From positions 1 to 64,000 of the forward strand of contig JALMLS010000423.1 in assembly GCA_038496445.1 (NCBI GenBank): a stretch of 64,000 nucleotides of DNA, read 5' to 3'. The translations under genes were made by a program, and so were the position numbers. Origin of the DNA: Trichosphaerium sp. ATCC 40318. Lineage: Eukaryota; Protista; Tubulinea. This document shows positions 11,790 through 24,947 of the stretch, piece by piece. Position 1 is the stretch's first letter, and each line of letters begins with the position of its first letter. The notes below the pieces were generated by a model that saw only the letters and a program-made list of their open reading frames with translations, ran no database searches and was not told the origin of the DNA.

Positions 11790-12710
11790 TTAGATCATGC
11801 CACGAACGCAGTTCTTTATCAAGGTGCGGGCGTATGGGATGTAGCTTAAAGAGTACCTGCGCAAACTGTCAAAATCTTTTTTGACACTTAAGTATACGTA
11901 CCATGTGAGTGCCAAGAACTGTAGTATGACACCAAGAATACATAATCCAGCATTTTTGAGCTAAAGAAGCAATCAGCAGCTGATTTAAAAACAATACAAT
12001 AACCGAGCACGCACCCAAAACGCAAAGGTGAGTGTCATAGCCATGGCGAGCAAAAACATGATTGTCGCAAATATACGAGTGTTTTTGAACATTGCTTTGA
12101 GCTGATATAGTGGTCCCATCAAAAACAGAGTACTTTTGGGGAAGTTGATTAGCTTATTGAAACACATCAAAGGTTTAAAGAAAAGAAAAAAAAAAAAAAA
12201 CCACTCCGTTTTCAACTAATAACAGGCAAAGAAGCTGTTCTTGAATTCTTGGGCATGAGTGACGCTTGTATAGTACCTGGAAAGGGCAACGATGTTTCCG
12301 GCAGTGTAGATAACCGCGAAAATAATAAAATTATTTGTAAACAAAGCGAAAGTTGACTAATAGCGGTTGTTAGATAAGATAACATATCCCATAGGCGAAA
12401 AAACGTACAAGAAAACTCATGGCGAAACCTAAAACGACACAAATAATGAAACCCCACAATCGCTAAACAAGGTGTCAATTAAAAAACCAACTGAACGAGC
12501 AACGATGTGATAACACGAAATACAACAAACCTGTTTTAAAAACAACAACGACAAAGCAAAAAAAACAATAAACCAAAACCTGTTTTCGAATCTACGTACG
12601 TATTTCCACGATAAACTGGGACAACTACTCTTGTTTTGAGTGAGCATGCCAATAGCCTGCTTGTTCTCCTTGGCTGATGAACCCGTTACCGCGCTTTTCA
12701 AACCCTGCAT
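11790..12710 (-). CDS. SFT2: Vesicle transport protein SFT2 (Got1/Sft2 family)
   Basis: CPSLSWK, STLFLMGPLYQLKAMFKNTRIFAT, QFLALTW, YSLSYIPYAR. Confidence 0.92.
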
Positions 12711-12855
12711 AGTTTTATATTTGTTTATGCGTTTTTGTCCGCTGCGAAAGCTATCAAAATTTGACTCAGCTTGTACTTTTTTTTACCACTGAGATTTTTT
12801 TTGTTTGAAACGCTCAGACAAAAATTGAGTCAGAGCGAAAAGCCTAGGTCGAAAA

Positions 12856-14018
12856 ATGGATAATTCACGCTACTCGTTTTCTTTGACGACGTTCAGTCCA
12901 TCAGGAAAATTGGTTCAAATAGAATACGCCCTTAACGCCGTCGCCAATGGCGCCACATCGCTTGGCATTAAAGGTACGTAGTCGCACGCGCATTCGTTAC
13001 TTCAAAGACAAGATAGCAAACCTGTACTAAGTTTTACGAAGCAAAGGATGGCGTAGTACTCGCAACAGAAAAAAAATTGCCGTACCTAAACGACGGTAGC
13101 ACAATACAAAAGATTTGCACCATCACAAGTACGTTTCTTTTGAGGATACACCCTATTGTTTTCCTAACGATCGCTCAAACAACAAGGGCAGAATGTTGGT
13201 TTATTTTATTTTTTTTTGACATTATTTGCGTTTTTTACATCGCCAAAGCAATTTGTTTGCCGTGTACTGACGTGAGGCGCAGAGAGCATTGGTTTGGTAT
13301 ACTCTGGAATGAGCCCTGACTTTAGAGTACTCGTGCGCAAAGGACGCAAAAAGGCGCAAGAATACAAAAGATTTTATCACGATCCTATCCCTGTACGTAT
13401 TTGAAGGTGTGAAGTTTGGCACAAGCACTTTTCAGATACTTTAATGTGTCAAATCAATTTTTTGAAGCCTCTTTTTTTTTTTTTTGTTTGTTTGTAACTC
13501 CATAGTAGTTGAACCAATTCGTAAAAGAGATGGCATACATCATGCAAGAGTTTACACAATCTGGTGGTGTGCGCCCTTTTGGCGTTTCGTTGTTGGTAGC
13601 TGGTACGTAGTTCATTGCTGTTAATTATAAAAAAAATCTAATATACAATTTGATAGGTTTTGATGAGCGCGGACCACAACTCTTCCAAGTTGATCCTAGT
13701 GGGTCATACTTTGCTTGGAAAGCCAGTGCCATTGGCAAGTCTATGACATCAGCAAAAGCTTTCCTTGAGAAACGCCATAGCGATGACAGTGGTCTTGAAG
13801 ATACCATACATAGAGCCTTGCTTACTCTCAAAGAAGGTGCGCTTTACCTCCTATACACTTTCCGTGTTGCTCCAGAGAAACTGTTACTCACGTTGTTAAT
13901 AGGGTTTGAGGGAGAAATGAACGAAAACAACATTGAACTTGGTGTTATTGGTGATGATGGTGTATTTAGAGTTATTCCATCTAGTGAGATCAAAGATTAC
14001 TTGGACGAGGTCGTGTAA
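12856..14018 (+). CDS. PSMA2: 20S proteasome subunit alpha type-2
   Basis: [73 protein letters not shown]. Confidence 0.97.
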
Positions 14019-14260
14019 ATCTGTTTTTTGCAATACCTTATCATGTAAAACAATAAAAAGAGGTGACAAACAACATTAATTTCTTACACAGTTTTCGGAA
14101 ACTTAATTGTTAGCAGTTTTACATCGATATGAGCGGCGTACTATTTCTTGTTCCCATTTTTTGTTGTACTAATTCTTTTTCTGGCTACCGGTGGTTTTAG
14201 TTTAAGTGCTGCTAAATTTACTTCAATCTGTTAGTGATCGAGTACACATCCACATACCTC

Positions 14261-16490
14261 ATGGAACGTGTATTCTTAGTGCTGCTAATGCTATGTGCAG
14301 CGCCAATTGCGGTTTAGTTTGTAAAACAATTTGACAACTACCTAACACTGACAGTTGATGCCCAAAATCGCCAGTTTGAGGTGTTTAGTAGCACAGGTTG
14401 TTCAGTTTGTACCCTACTCTCTTTTTTGACAACGGTAGCATGCTCGTGAACCTTGTACGTACTGTTTTAACTAAACAGCTACAGGTTTTGGGCAAGATAA
14501 AGATTTATTCAGCAATAATTGCTGTGGTACTGGTGTTGCCCGAGTAGAGGCGTTAGATACGATAGGAGGCAAAACTCCATTAAATTATGTGATAAGCGGT
14601 TCAGACGAGTTTGTTTTCACTGCCACGGTAAACGCAAAGGATTTCACACTGCTGCGATGGCGCTCTGGTGTCATATCAGAAATAGCGTTCAATTCCACTT
14701 CCATTTCTTGCATGTACAGAGATAGTGAAAACAATACGATCTATCAACTGAAAGCGTTACATTAGCAGACGATTTGTACATTGGATTTGATAGTAGTTAC
14801 CCTTGCGAATTTGTTTCTGTTGGAGCAAGTGTTTACTTTTCTGCAACAACTGCATTAGGTACATCACTGTGTGTTAAGAATGGTAGCAATCCTGCTGCAC
14901 CAGTCAGCCTTTTGGTACGCGTCATTAGTGGTCTGAGAAGATTTAACTTCTGTTAAAGGGAGTACCAGACCCCACGCCTACATACCTCGTTGCTATAGGA
15001 CCAATACTGTACTTCAGGTATCTGAAAATTTAATTACACCAATTTGTTTAACAGTCTATTCCGTAACAATTTTCAGTGCTCTACTCGATAACAGAGGAGT
15101 AGAACTAACTGCATATAATACAACAAGTGGTGAGGTATCTCAGTATGATATTAATGTAGGAGAAGCAGGATCAGTTCCACAGAATTTGTTGGAATTGAAT
15201 GGTGATCTGTATTTTATAGCAGATTCACCGAATATTGGTCTGTGGAAGTTTGACATTGCGAACAATACTCCCTCTCTAGTTACAACGGAAATAGCTTTCG
15301 GAGCATTGGTTGGTGGCGTTTACCCGTAATTTACATCTACACAATTGTACAAACTGACGGAATGCAGTCATGTGGCATTTCTGGTTCCTGATAATACTAT
15401 TGGAATTAACATGGCAGTGTATGATCTAAGTACAGGCCAGCTTGTAAGGCATCATATATCTCCAACTGTTTTGATTGCACATGGCCCAACATTTGCAGCA
15501 GTTGCGCCTAATCTAAGTTCCTCCAATATTTTTATCATAGACCCATGTGTCGTCACTCCTACAGAGTCTCCGACGCCTCCGGTGTCAGCATCACCTAGTG
15601 TTGCACCTACTCAAATGACTTTATTGGAATCTACAAAAGTATTTGTCTCATTTTTTGTAGTGTTTTGTCCACCTCAAGGCAAGCCTTAATTTACAGTTAA
15701 AATTGATTTGCTTATCCAAAATAGATTTGTTCGTTGATAGAATGTTTGCAGTGAACTTTTTGAGTAATTACAATATTGTAGGCTATTGTATAGCTGCTGA
15801 TTTACCTGGTACACAAATGAAGAATTACTGTAGATGGCTCCTGGTATGGACACTTACGTTGTATGATGAAGGTTAACACCCAGTAGAAAGTATGAGCAAA
15901 AAGTACTCTGTCAAGTCAGATATCTGGAGTTTTGGGTGTTTGTTGTGGGAATTAATCCACCGAGCAGAACCTCATGTCGACAAGGTTGATGATATGATGT
16001 CTATTGCAGTTAAAATTAGGTAATACCAATTCAATTTGTTCATGAACCAAAATAATATCTACCAACACACCTGTAATAAAAGGTGACTGCCCAAGATAAT
16101 GGTGTAAAATAATGAAATCCTGTTGGAGAAAAGATCCAACTACGAGGCCAACATTTGACGACCTGGCACAAGCTTTAAAGTTGTCAGTTGATTATAGTAG
16201 CAATATCTTGGTTGCACAGCAAAAGAAAACACAATTGTTCATTGCCTCTCCAAGATCAGAAATTAAGGCACGAGCTTTTGACATAACGTAGAATACTACA
16301 TACTTGCAGGTTTGTACCATATAGGCTACAGAAGCCATTGTAAAATACGACTACAAAGCAACAAAATGATGCTGAACTTTCACTTGTTGGTGGTCAAGAA
16401 CTAACAGTGATCTCAAGGGACACTGGTAAGGAAGGTTTTGTACAAGCAAAGATCTCTTCGGGTGAAGTTGGACTAGTTCCCTCCTGGTAT
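14261..16490 (+). pseudogene. Receptor-like TK/TKL kinase: signal peptide, ELWxxDGT-like beta-propeller, S/T/P stalk, kinase C-lobe, C-terminal SH3; 3' half broken or garbled
   Basis: MERVFLVLLMLC; repeats VGASVYFSA, IGPILYFSA...GVEL, LNGDLYFIAD; KYSVKSDIWSFGCLLWEL (15900-15960); CWRKDPTTRPTF (16120-16156); AIVKYDYKA...AELSL...GLVPSWY (16333-16490). No kinase N-lobe or TM segment could be recovered. Confidence 0.6.
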
Positions 16491-16629
16491 TTAAGCGGTT
16501 CACCAAAACTACCAATCTTGTAAAATACAACAACCGCTTAAATTCTATGGCGAATTTGTTTTTGGTAACACGTGGTTTTTATTACAACAATAATAATACT
16601 AGTACATCTTACTCCCACTTTGAGAGGGT

Positions 16630-18270
16630 TTAATCAGATGATTCATCTTCTTGTGCTTCTTCCAAAGTAGTGATGGTTTGAGTGAGTTGCTTCTTGCGTT
16701 GAAGCAGATCGTCATACTCAGATTGGCGTGGATTTGGAGCAGTGGATGATGATTTAGCACTTCGGGCTACAGAACCACTTCCTGCACTACCTCTAGTAGG
16801 TGCTGTAACACTTTTAGCAGTACCAAACATAGACATGTGCTCATCACCAAAGTAGACACTGTAGAGCTTAGGTAGGAACATAACACCAAGGGTAACTGTA
16901 CAAGAAAATTAGAAACAAAAAAAAACCCCACGTGATTTAGGTGTTTGTAAAACGTACGTGTAGCGAAAAACCAAATACCAAGTGCAAATACTAAGGATGA
17001 TACTTTCTTGGTTGAGCTTGAATTGACGATGAAGCCAACAATGCAAATAAGTACTGACCATACAAGAGCATTGTAAATGGCTACAGCAATGAAACGTGCT
17101 TCGTTAAACTGTGTTGGTACTTTACGAACCATAAAAGCACAAACGCATCCGAATACCATAATAATGGCATCGTATACAATGAGCACAATGACAAATGCCA
17201 AAGCCTTGTCAGATGAACACTCGTTGAAGGAGTTTAGTCCATCAATTTGGAGTCTAGACTCATTAGGAGATACAATACTCCATACAACTAATACTAGTGC
17301 TTGAATAGCGGCGGCACCAGCAATAATCTTGAGAAGATCCCAGACTGTAATTTTGAAGATTTCCAAACTCTTGATGGAGAAGATCTTCCAGATACGGTAT
17401 GTCTTTGCAAACAACGGACTAGAAGAGGTTGTAAGTCATTAAGAAGAAGATAAGTGGTTGCGACAGGATGGTACATACGTGAAAATCAAGATGTATGCAA
17501 TGAATGGGAGCCAGATACGAAGCTCACACACGATACGTGAGTCAGGAGGAGCAGCCCATACAATCATACCGATGTAACCGAGTATTGCTCCTGCAAGAAT
17601 AATTACAAGCATCTCTGGTGTTGACGCTTTGATAAGAGGGGTGCTCCTGTTTGAAAATGAGAAAAATGCTATCACGTGAAAGGAGTTTGTCGTACCAATT
17701 CATCAAAATAAGAATACAAACAGCGATGGCGAATGCAATACCGATAATGGCAGCGACCAAAATGATAATTGAGTATATATCAGTCCATGAAGCGCTCTCA
17801 ACACTACGTGTAATATCTAGTACTTCAATCATTACTTGACCATTCCTGGTTACAAGCTGAGCATTGAAAGGTGCGTTCACACTGACATATGTAGGCAAAG
17901 TGCCATCTAGAAGAATTGGTTAGTTGTATTAAATACAGAAGGTTCTTGTCTGCGTACCAAAGAGAGGGATGAGGGAACCGATTTCAACAAAGAAACTAGG
18001 AGAAACATCCAATTCTACGATACCAAGTGTAACAGATCTGTTGAATTGTACTCCACCTCCAGGGAGGAAGATCTTCAGTACTGATGTTTCATCGAAAAAC
18101 ACGTCAACATCAAATGTCACTTTGGTGTTCTCCAAAACATCGAGTTCACCGCCGTTTAGGAACTGTACTCTACTTTGATTACCAACGTCGATTATTGCGA
18201 CAGTGTCACGGATTACTAGAGACCCACTTCCTTCAGTTAAGATGAGGGATTGATTCAAAAAAAACGCTTG
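16630..18270 (-). pseudogene. 3' half of a family C (GABA-B-like) GPCR; duplicate copy that retains the native C-terminal tail
   Basis: 7tm_3 motifs IKASTPEML, CELRIWL, FAKTYRIWKIF, RKVPTQFNEARFIAVAIYN; near-identical to 20950-22425; no 5' exons. Confidence 0.75.
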
Positions 18271-18279
18271 TATTAGGAG

Positions 18280-19584
18280 GTCCTTGCTGCAATTAAGATT
18301 CGCGGGAAAATAAGCTCTTCCTTATTTTAAAATTCCAGCTGAACTTGCCGATAGAAAGAAACTATGTGCAAACGAAGTCTTATGTTGCAATAGCTGCTTC
18401 AACTGTAGTTGTAAGCTCACATGGACCATTTATTGCAATTCACAAGAAAAAGCCACCATTAAAATAACTGGAGTACATGATTTAGCCTCTTTCCATGTGA
18501 GAGCGTCTATTCCTGAAGACTTTTTTTATACTTGGTGCGTTTTGGTTTTATTTGTTTAATTTGTGCTAAATTTAGTAGGCACGTAAAAAGTTGATTGAGG
18601 AAGATGAATATGGTACTTCAGAACGTTATGGTCGTGTCAAGCCAAGTGACTTTGATGACACTTTACGAAAAATGAGACGTCAATTAAAGCGAGATAAATT
18701 AATTGTTGATGAAGAAGATAAGAAGTGGATAATTGATCAAAGCACAGTACATGACTGGCTCAAAAGTAATCAAAAGACTTCTCCGTAAGTTCCCCGAAAA
18801 CAACAAACTAAACAAACATTAACTCACACAAGGTCTGAAAATATCATTCAAGAGCTGCGCAATTTTCTACAGGACCCTGTTAACAAACCATACATTGTGT
18901 ACCCAGTTTTAGATGAATTTCAGCCCTCTGAAGACAAAAGCAACTTTGCAGTAGTTTTAGCTACAGCAGAGTCATTAAAACTGCTAGCCAAGTATGGCCA
19001 AGGCGTGATTGGCATTGAAGTGTGTACAAATTTAATGCGTACTCATTTCCAATCTGGGGTGTGGTTTGTGAAGAACCTAAAACAGGAAGAGGCATTTTGT
19101 GTGCTTTATGCATTGCATCTAGCAGTAAAGCAGGTAATATTGCAGCATTTTTGAAAGTGTTGAAAGATAAAATGGAACAACTGCCAAATGGTACGTAAAA
19201 CACGTCTAATAATTAAATAATTTATTGTACAGGCGTAAAAGAATGGAAACCAGTAGTTATGATCAATAAAGATAAGGCGGAGAAAAAAGCCATTTTGATG
19301 CTGGGTTTGGCGTTTATATTGTGTCAGTTCCATTACCATAGAACGTGGCAAAAAAATTGTATGTTTGTTCAAATACAGCCATGGCTCTAAAAATAGTACG
19401 TACTGTTTACTTTGCTTTCAAGCTGATAATTAGCACAATGATTAGGTGATGGAACAATTTTCATTCTTGAACAGAGCTACTAACTGTATAAAAACTTGAA
19501 TATCTAGAATGATATTTTAAAAAATGGTTCCAAAGAACGTACAAAATGATGGACTACGAATAGCATCAAAAAAAATTATTGAAC
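18280..19584 (+). mobile_element. Decayed Mutator/MULE transposase, catalytic region
   Basis: FAVVLAT...LLAKYGQGVIGI[D, frameshift]SVYKFNAYSFPIWGVVCEEPKTGRGILCA; WKPVVMI(N)KDKAEKKAI...FILCQFHYHRTW, typical of the MULE DDE core with CxxH. Confidence 0.7.
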
Positions 19585-20210
19585 CATTGCGAACAATACT
19601 CCCTCTCTAGTTACAACGGAAATAGCTTTCGGAGCATTGGTTGGTGGCGTTTACCCGTAATTTACATCTACACAATTGTACAAACTGACGGAATGCAGTC
19701 ATGTGGCATTTCTGGTTCCTGATAATACTATTGGAATTAACATGGCAGTGTAATCTAAGTACACCAGTTGTAAGCATCATATATCTCCAACTGTTTATTG
19801 CACATGGCCCAACATTTGCAGCAGTTGCGCCTAATCTAAGTTCCTCCAATATTTTTATCATAGACCCATGTGTCGTCACTCCCAGAGTCTCCGACGCCTC
19901 CGGTGTCAGCATCACCTAGTGTTGCACCTACTCAAATGACTTTATTCAATCTACAGATTTGTCTCATTTTTTGTAGTGTTTTGTCACCTTAAATCAAAAG
20001 CCACTTTACAGAACTGCATTTGAGAAAAAAGCAGTGAACTTTTTGAAAATGTAAGTATTTTATTTATTTTGTGTTTATTTAACTGGTTTTACACATCATG
20101 TGGAATTACTGTAGATGGCTCCTATGGACACTTACGTTGTATGATGAAGGTTAAACCTACAAAGTATGAGAAATCCTGTAGAGTCAGATATGGAGGGTGT
20201 TTGTTGTGGA
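19585..20210 (+). repeat. Duplicate of 15254-~15950 (kinase-gene segment), increasingly indel-ridden
   Basis: Direct sequence identity starting cattgcgaacaatactccctctctag at both 15254 and 19585. Confidence 0.9.
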
Positions 20211-20949
20211 GGCTTTAAAGCTTCTGGTAAAGAGTGTAAACACATTATTGCTGTTTCACTTTTTGAGCAAGATTATTCTGCTGAAACAATTGTACAAGAG
20301 CAAGCCATTCACGCTTTACATGGTAAGTAACATCAACAGTATATTTAATAATTATTGTAGAGCATGAAGAGAACATTCCTGAGTTAGACAAGGTAACAGC
20401 TCGTAAAAATGACACTCAAAAACGAAAACGTAAAAATAAGAGAAAAAGAAAGTCAAAAAAAGAGGAAGAACCTGCCTCTCCATCACCCTCACAAGAGTGC
20501 TCAGAGTCATCCAATTCAATCTATTCAAGCGAATCCATGTCTCAATTCTATGTCGAAGACAAAGTGTCAGGTGAACTATCTGAAGTGCCAATTGTGCTAC
20601 AAGTACAACAAGGTAAAAAACAATTGTTTTCATAATCTGTTCTCTGACTACTCTTAGCGAAGACATGCTCTACTTCAAAATTGTACAAAGCGATTGTTGC
20701 TGGACATGCTAAAATAACACCACGAAAAAGGACTCAAACACGTCGCTATGGACAAAAGTAAGAACAAGTACAAAAGTGTAATAAAAACCTAATTAAACGT
20801 CACACTGTCACAATAATGACACATGTGGGTCTTCTATCTATGTAAATCACAGCTATTGCAAGCGGCAATCAAAAAAAAAAGTAGCAGAGCAGGGAAATAT
20901 CCACCAGTTGGGATAATTCCCCAGAAAGTGAGGATATTTCCCACTCTGC
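20200..20949 (+). mobile_element. Probable 3' part of the MULE element: SWIM finger remnant, Cys-rich tail and terminal inverted structure
   Basis: VCCGGFKASGKECKHIIAV (SWIM-like) at 20200-20255; imperfect inverted repeat gcagagcagggaaatatcc...ggatatttcccactctgc at 20884-20949 abutting the GPCR exon. Confidence 0.55.
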
Positions 20950-23900
20950 AGTAGGTGCTGTAACACTTTTAGCAGTACCAAACATAGACATGTGCTCATC
21001 ACCAAAGTAGACACTGTAGAGCTTAGGTAGGAACATAACACCAAGGGTAACTGTACAAGAAAATTAGAAACAAAAAAAAACCCCACGTGATTTAGGTGTT
21101 TGTAAAACGTACGTGTAGCGAAAAACCAAATACCAAGTGCAAATACTAAGGATGATACTTTCTTGGTTGAGCTTGAATTGACGATGAAGCCAACAATGCA
21201 AATAAGTACTGACCATACAAGAGCATTGTAAATGGCCACAGCAATGAAACGTGCTTCGTTAAACTGTGTTGGTACTTTACGAACCATAAAAGCACAAACG
21301 CATCCGAATACCATAATAATGGCATCGTATACAATGAGCACAATGACAAATGCTAAAGCCTTGTCAGATGAGCACTCGTTGAAGGAGTTTAGTCCATCAA
21401 TTTGGAGTCTAGACTCATTAGGAGATACAATACTCCATACGACTAGTACTAGTGCTTGAATAGCGGCGGCACCAGCAATAATCTTGAGAAGATCCCAGAC
21501 TGTAATTTTGAAGATTTCCAAACTCTTGATGGAGAAGATCTTCCAGATACGGTATGTCTTTGCAAACAACGGACTAGAAGAGGTTGTAAGTCATTAAGAA
21601 GAAGATAAGTGGTTGCGACAGGTTGGTACATACGTGAAAATCAAGATGTATGCAATGAATGGGAGCCAGATACGAAGCTCACACACGATACGTGAGTCAG
21701 GAGGAGCAGCCCACACAATCATACCGATGTAACCGAGTATTGCTCCTGCAAGAATAATTACAAGCATCTCTGGTGTTGACGCTTTGATAAGAGGAGTGCT
21801 CCTGTTTGAAAATGAGAAAAATGCTATCACGTGAAAGGAGTTTGTCGTACCAATTCATCAAAATAAGAATACAAACAGCGATGGCGAATGCAATACCGAT
21901 AATGGCAGCGACCAAAATGATAATTGAGTATATATCAGTCCATGAAGCGCTCTCAACACTACGTGTAATATCTAGTACTTCAATCATTACTTGACCATTC
22001 CTGGTTACAAGCTGAGCATTGAAAGGTGCGTTCACACTGACATATGTAGGCAAAGTGCCATCTAGAAGAATTGGTTAGTTGTATTAAATACAGAAGGTTC
22101 TTGTCTGCGTACCAAAGAGAGGGATGAGGGAACCGATTTCAACAAAGAAACTAGGAGAAACATCCAATTCTACGATACCAAGTGTAACAGATCTGTTGAA
22201 TTGTACTCCACCTCCAGGGAGGAAGATCTTCAGTACTGATGTTTCATCAAAAAACACGTCAACATCAAATGTCACTTTGGTGTTCTCCAAAACATCGAGT
22301 TCACCGCCGTTTAGGAACTGTACTCTACTTTGATTACCAACGTCGATTATTGCGACAGTGTCACGGATTACTAGAGACCCACTTCCTTCAGTTAAGATGA
22401 GGGATTGATTCATGTAAAACGCTTGAACAGCAGCAGAAGCTGCCAAGTTAAGTTGTCCGCGAGCAATAATATCAACTTCACGCATAATTTGCTCTTCAGC
22501 TTCTTTGTTGGAGATGAATAAACTCTCGGATCCATTACGGAATGTAATGTTGTTAGGTACTTCGAAGATGCCCTTAAAAGAAACTGTTAGACGACTTTCT
22601 TTGTCTACACTAGGAAAAAAAGATGATTCAATGCAGTGGTTACCTCTATAAAACCCTCATTCCATGTGAAAGCGTTCACAATGTCCAAAGTAATGTTAGG
22701 GCTTAATGTCATGTGCCCGTTTTGCATAATTACACGTTCAATGGTGTGATCAGTCATTATGCCCATGTCACCTTGTATTCTCAAGTTGTCAATTTGATTT
22801 CCTAAAATAGGTATGTTAACCAAATGCCTTTCTTATATTGTTATACAACTGTACCTGAAAATACCTTGGCTTGGCCAAAGAAGGTAGGGACATTACTATC
22901 GCCAAAAAGGACGAAAGTAGAATCATATATCTCAGATTGTACGGAACCTTTGACATGATTGTCAGGTCCTGTAAAAGAGCAGTTTCTGACAACAACAGAA
23001 CCACCATCAATAGATCCTCCTTCAGCTGCACTGAATAAATTGTAAGAGAACATCAAATATGTGTTTTTAGCCTCAACGTACGTGTTATTAATAAAGGTAC
23101 AGTCTGTGTATCTATCAACTCCAGCTTCGGTGAATTGATCAAAGTTTACGCCAACACCTCCAAAAGTAGAAGTACAGCCAATGAATGTACACCTCTCCCA
23201 GCTATTCTGTGTGATACCACTTACAGTGTAGTGTACACCACCGAAACCTAAAAAGAATAAACTTGTTAGTTAAACAATCTTCAATAACTAAATGTTTGAC
23301 CGTACTTGGCGATGAGTTTTCGATAAAGGTGCAGTCCTCATACCTTTGGAACGCACCACTAATTTGCCACACAAAACCTCCTGCAAAACCGGATGTTGTA
23401 TTAACACTGGTCAGATTTTTGGCGTGGAAACCGCCTCCAAAATGCCATATAAATCCGGCAAAGACTGAAGCGTAGTTGTTCTCAGCGTAGATGTCTTCCA
23501 AGTACAAGTACGTGTGATCAGGGTTTTGGAACATATCTAAAACACCACCGAATCTACCAACGTTGTTCGTAAACGTAGAGCGCACAATAGTCGAGTTAAA
23601 CGAATTAAACGCTAGCAGCTGAGTTAACAATGATAACAGGGTGGGGGTCAAACGTGTTTCTGGATCTAGTGATTTTCTAACACATACCCAAATAGATGAC
23701 TCCGCCAAGCTCAGCAAAGTTATTGTTAAAAGTGCAATCAGCAGCATCAATATCAGAAAAAGGCAAGTATACTTGTCCTCTGCAACTGGCAAAGTTACAT
23801 GTGTTGTTGTCCATATGTACGCTAAAGCATGTATAAGCGTTTCGTTAATGTAAGTCTCAGCCCGTACTCGTTTAATGTTACGCCACCTGCTTCGATGTAC

Positions 23901-24947
23901 ATGATACCACCGTAAAGCTCTGGAGGAGTCTCTGACTCGTTCAAGGCGCTGCAGATGTGATTGTTGAATCGGACATGTGTCCAGTCTACTTGGCACCCAG
24001 ATTGTGCAAACATAACGGAACCACCGTAGTTGGCCTTAAAAAGCGCGTAAGTCCAAAAAAAACGTACAAGAGTATTTTGTAAACCGGCTTTAAAGAATTC
24101 TTACGAGTTGCTTGACGTCTCCATTGATAGGGTACATAGTTAAATCGCAACGACAGTTTTGAAAGGTGAGGTACTCGAACTGTGCGAGCTTCATTCTGTT
24201 CTCCTTAGGGATAAACTCTGACTCTGTTCTGTTGCACGAATCAACAAAGAACGTTTGGTAAGCATAATCACCGTCTATAAAAGTACTGTAGTCCGTTTGA
24301 CCTAAATCCCGAATTAGCTGGCTGTGCCAAAAGGTTTCGAAAAGGGAAACGGTGCGAAGTGGTAAGGGCGGCCTGTTTCATAGTTTATCGGGTTTAAAAC
24401 ACAAAAGTAAAGTACAGCCGAAAAATAGTAAACAACGGTTTCGAGAGTTACGCCGTTCTGGGCTAAAACGACCCTTTGAACGTTTAGGGATAAGAAAATG
24501 AAACAAAGTGCAGCATTTAATGTAGAAAAAAAGAATAACTCGGAGCATAACAACACACAAGGCTACGTACCTAAGAACTTAATATCATGAACATCTATGG
24601 TGTTATTCCAGAATATGCGCCTATTGCCTTCGCCTGCGGAAAACGTTAATACGAAAAAACAACCTTGCGGTTAGCTTATGTACCTCTGAATATACCGCTA
24701 GAGAATTGTATGGTATCACCAGTTGCTGCTGTATTGAATAACGCGTATTGAATAGTACCACACGCTGTACCCAACGTAGTGCAATCACCGGTATCAGCGG
24801 CTACAATAGAGTAAGAAGCGATAACGTTTACTCGCGAATAAACGATGTGAAAAACAAATCTGTACCTCCTGGTGTTAAATAGATTGTCTTGGCCGTAACC
24901 AGCGCCAAGAAGGCAACACATATAATGGTTACCCAAGTGATGCGCAT
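20950..24947 (-). CDS. Family C (GABA-B-like) 7TM receptor with a large pectin-lyase/Pmp-like beta-helix ectodomain; last exon interrupted at 20950
   Basis: Signal peptide MRITWVTIICVAFLALVTA; DTGDC...ACGTIQYAL; repeated FxxN and GG(A/V/S) motifs (TFTNNVGRFGGVL, CTFINN.AAEGGS); 7tm_3 motifs in 21000-21950. Confidence 0.82.
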
